This document shows, piece after piece, positions 25,997 to 26,043 of a stretch of DNA of 26,043 bases (positions within the stretch are counted from its first letter, which is position 1; each line of letters begins with the position of its first letter). The notes beneath the pieces were generated by a model that had not been told where the DNA came from, made no database searches, and was given only the letters and a program-made list of their open reading frames with translations. The stretch comes from a virus (lineage: Duplodnaviria; Caudoviricetes), in IMG/VR virus record IMGVR_UViG_3300032676_001568, positions 1 through 26,043 of that record; one strand, 5' to 3'. Both the position numbers and the translations under genes were made by a program.

Positions 25997-26043
25997 GGGA
26001 CGGGCGCGGGGTTGCAAGCGTTAAGAATACAGCACCTGCGTGC

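Noticed and set aside
25965-26043. A complete tRNA gene
   Set aside because: Only a T-arm and acceptor 3' strand are evident; no matching 5' acceptor strand or D/anticodon arms found upstream, and the GGAC before the T-stem is the tmRNA signature

Overview
The window is the right-hand part of a temperate, HK97-fold prophage in a GC-rich host, probably a betaproteobacterium (inferred from gene style). Most genes are on the minus strand. From right to left: (1) the 3' end of a tmRNA (ssrA) with a terminator, the probable attachment end. (2) A plus-strand integration module: small ORF, DUF2924-like protein, large serine recombinase and two paralogous small proteins. (3) A divergent control module: XRE repressor, ImmA/IrrE HExxH metallopeptidase, then two unexplained large ORFs (478 aa and 310 aa). 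(4) An early/replication operon: Xis-like HTH, BRO protein, Sak4/AAA_24 ATPase, SSB-like protein, DUF6511-like protein, Cas4-like nuclease, TOPRIM-D5 primase/helicase, RuvC-like protein and DUF6362-like regulator. (5) A ParB-fused DNA methylase and a two-gene antisense moron. (6) Packaging and head genes: HNH, TerS, an inserted glycosyltransferase, TerL, portal, S49 protease, major capsid, decoration protein and a mucin-like Ala/Thr/Pro/Ser-rich protein. The most interesting candidates are an apparent multi-tier induction circuit (XRE/IrrE controlling an uncharacterised two-protein module, with phased repeats and an RBS-occluding hairpin at the early operon) and a possible virion-glycosylation pairing of the glycosyltransferase with the mucin-like head protein. 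Family names come from motif recognition only; no database search was run.
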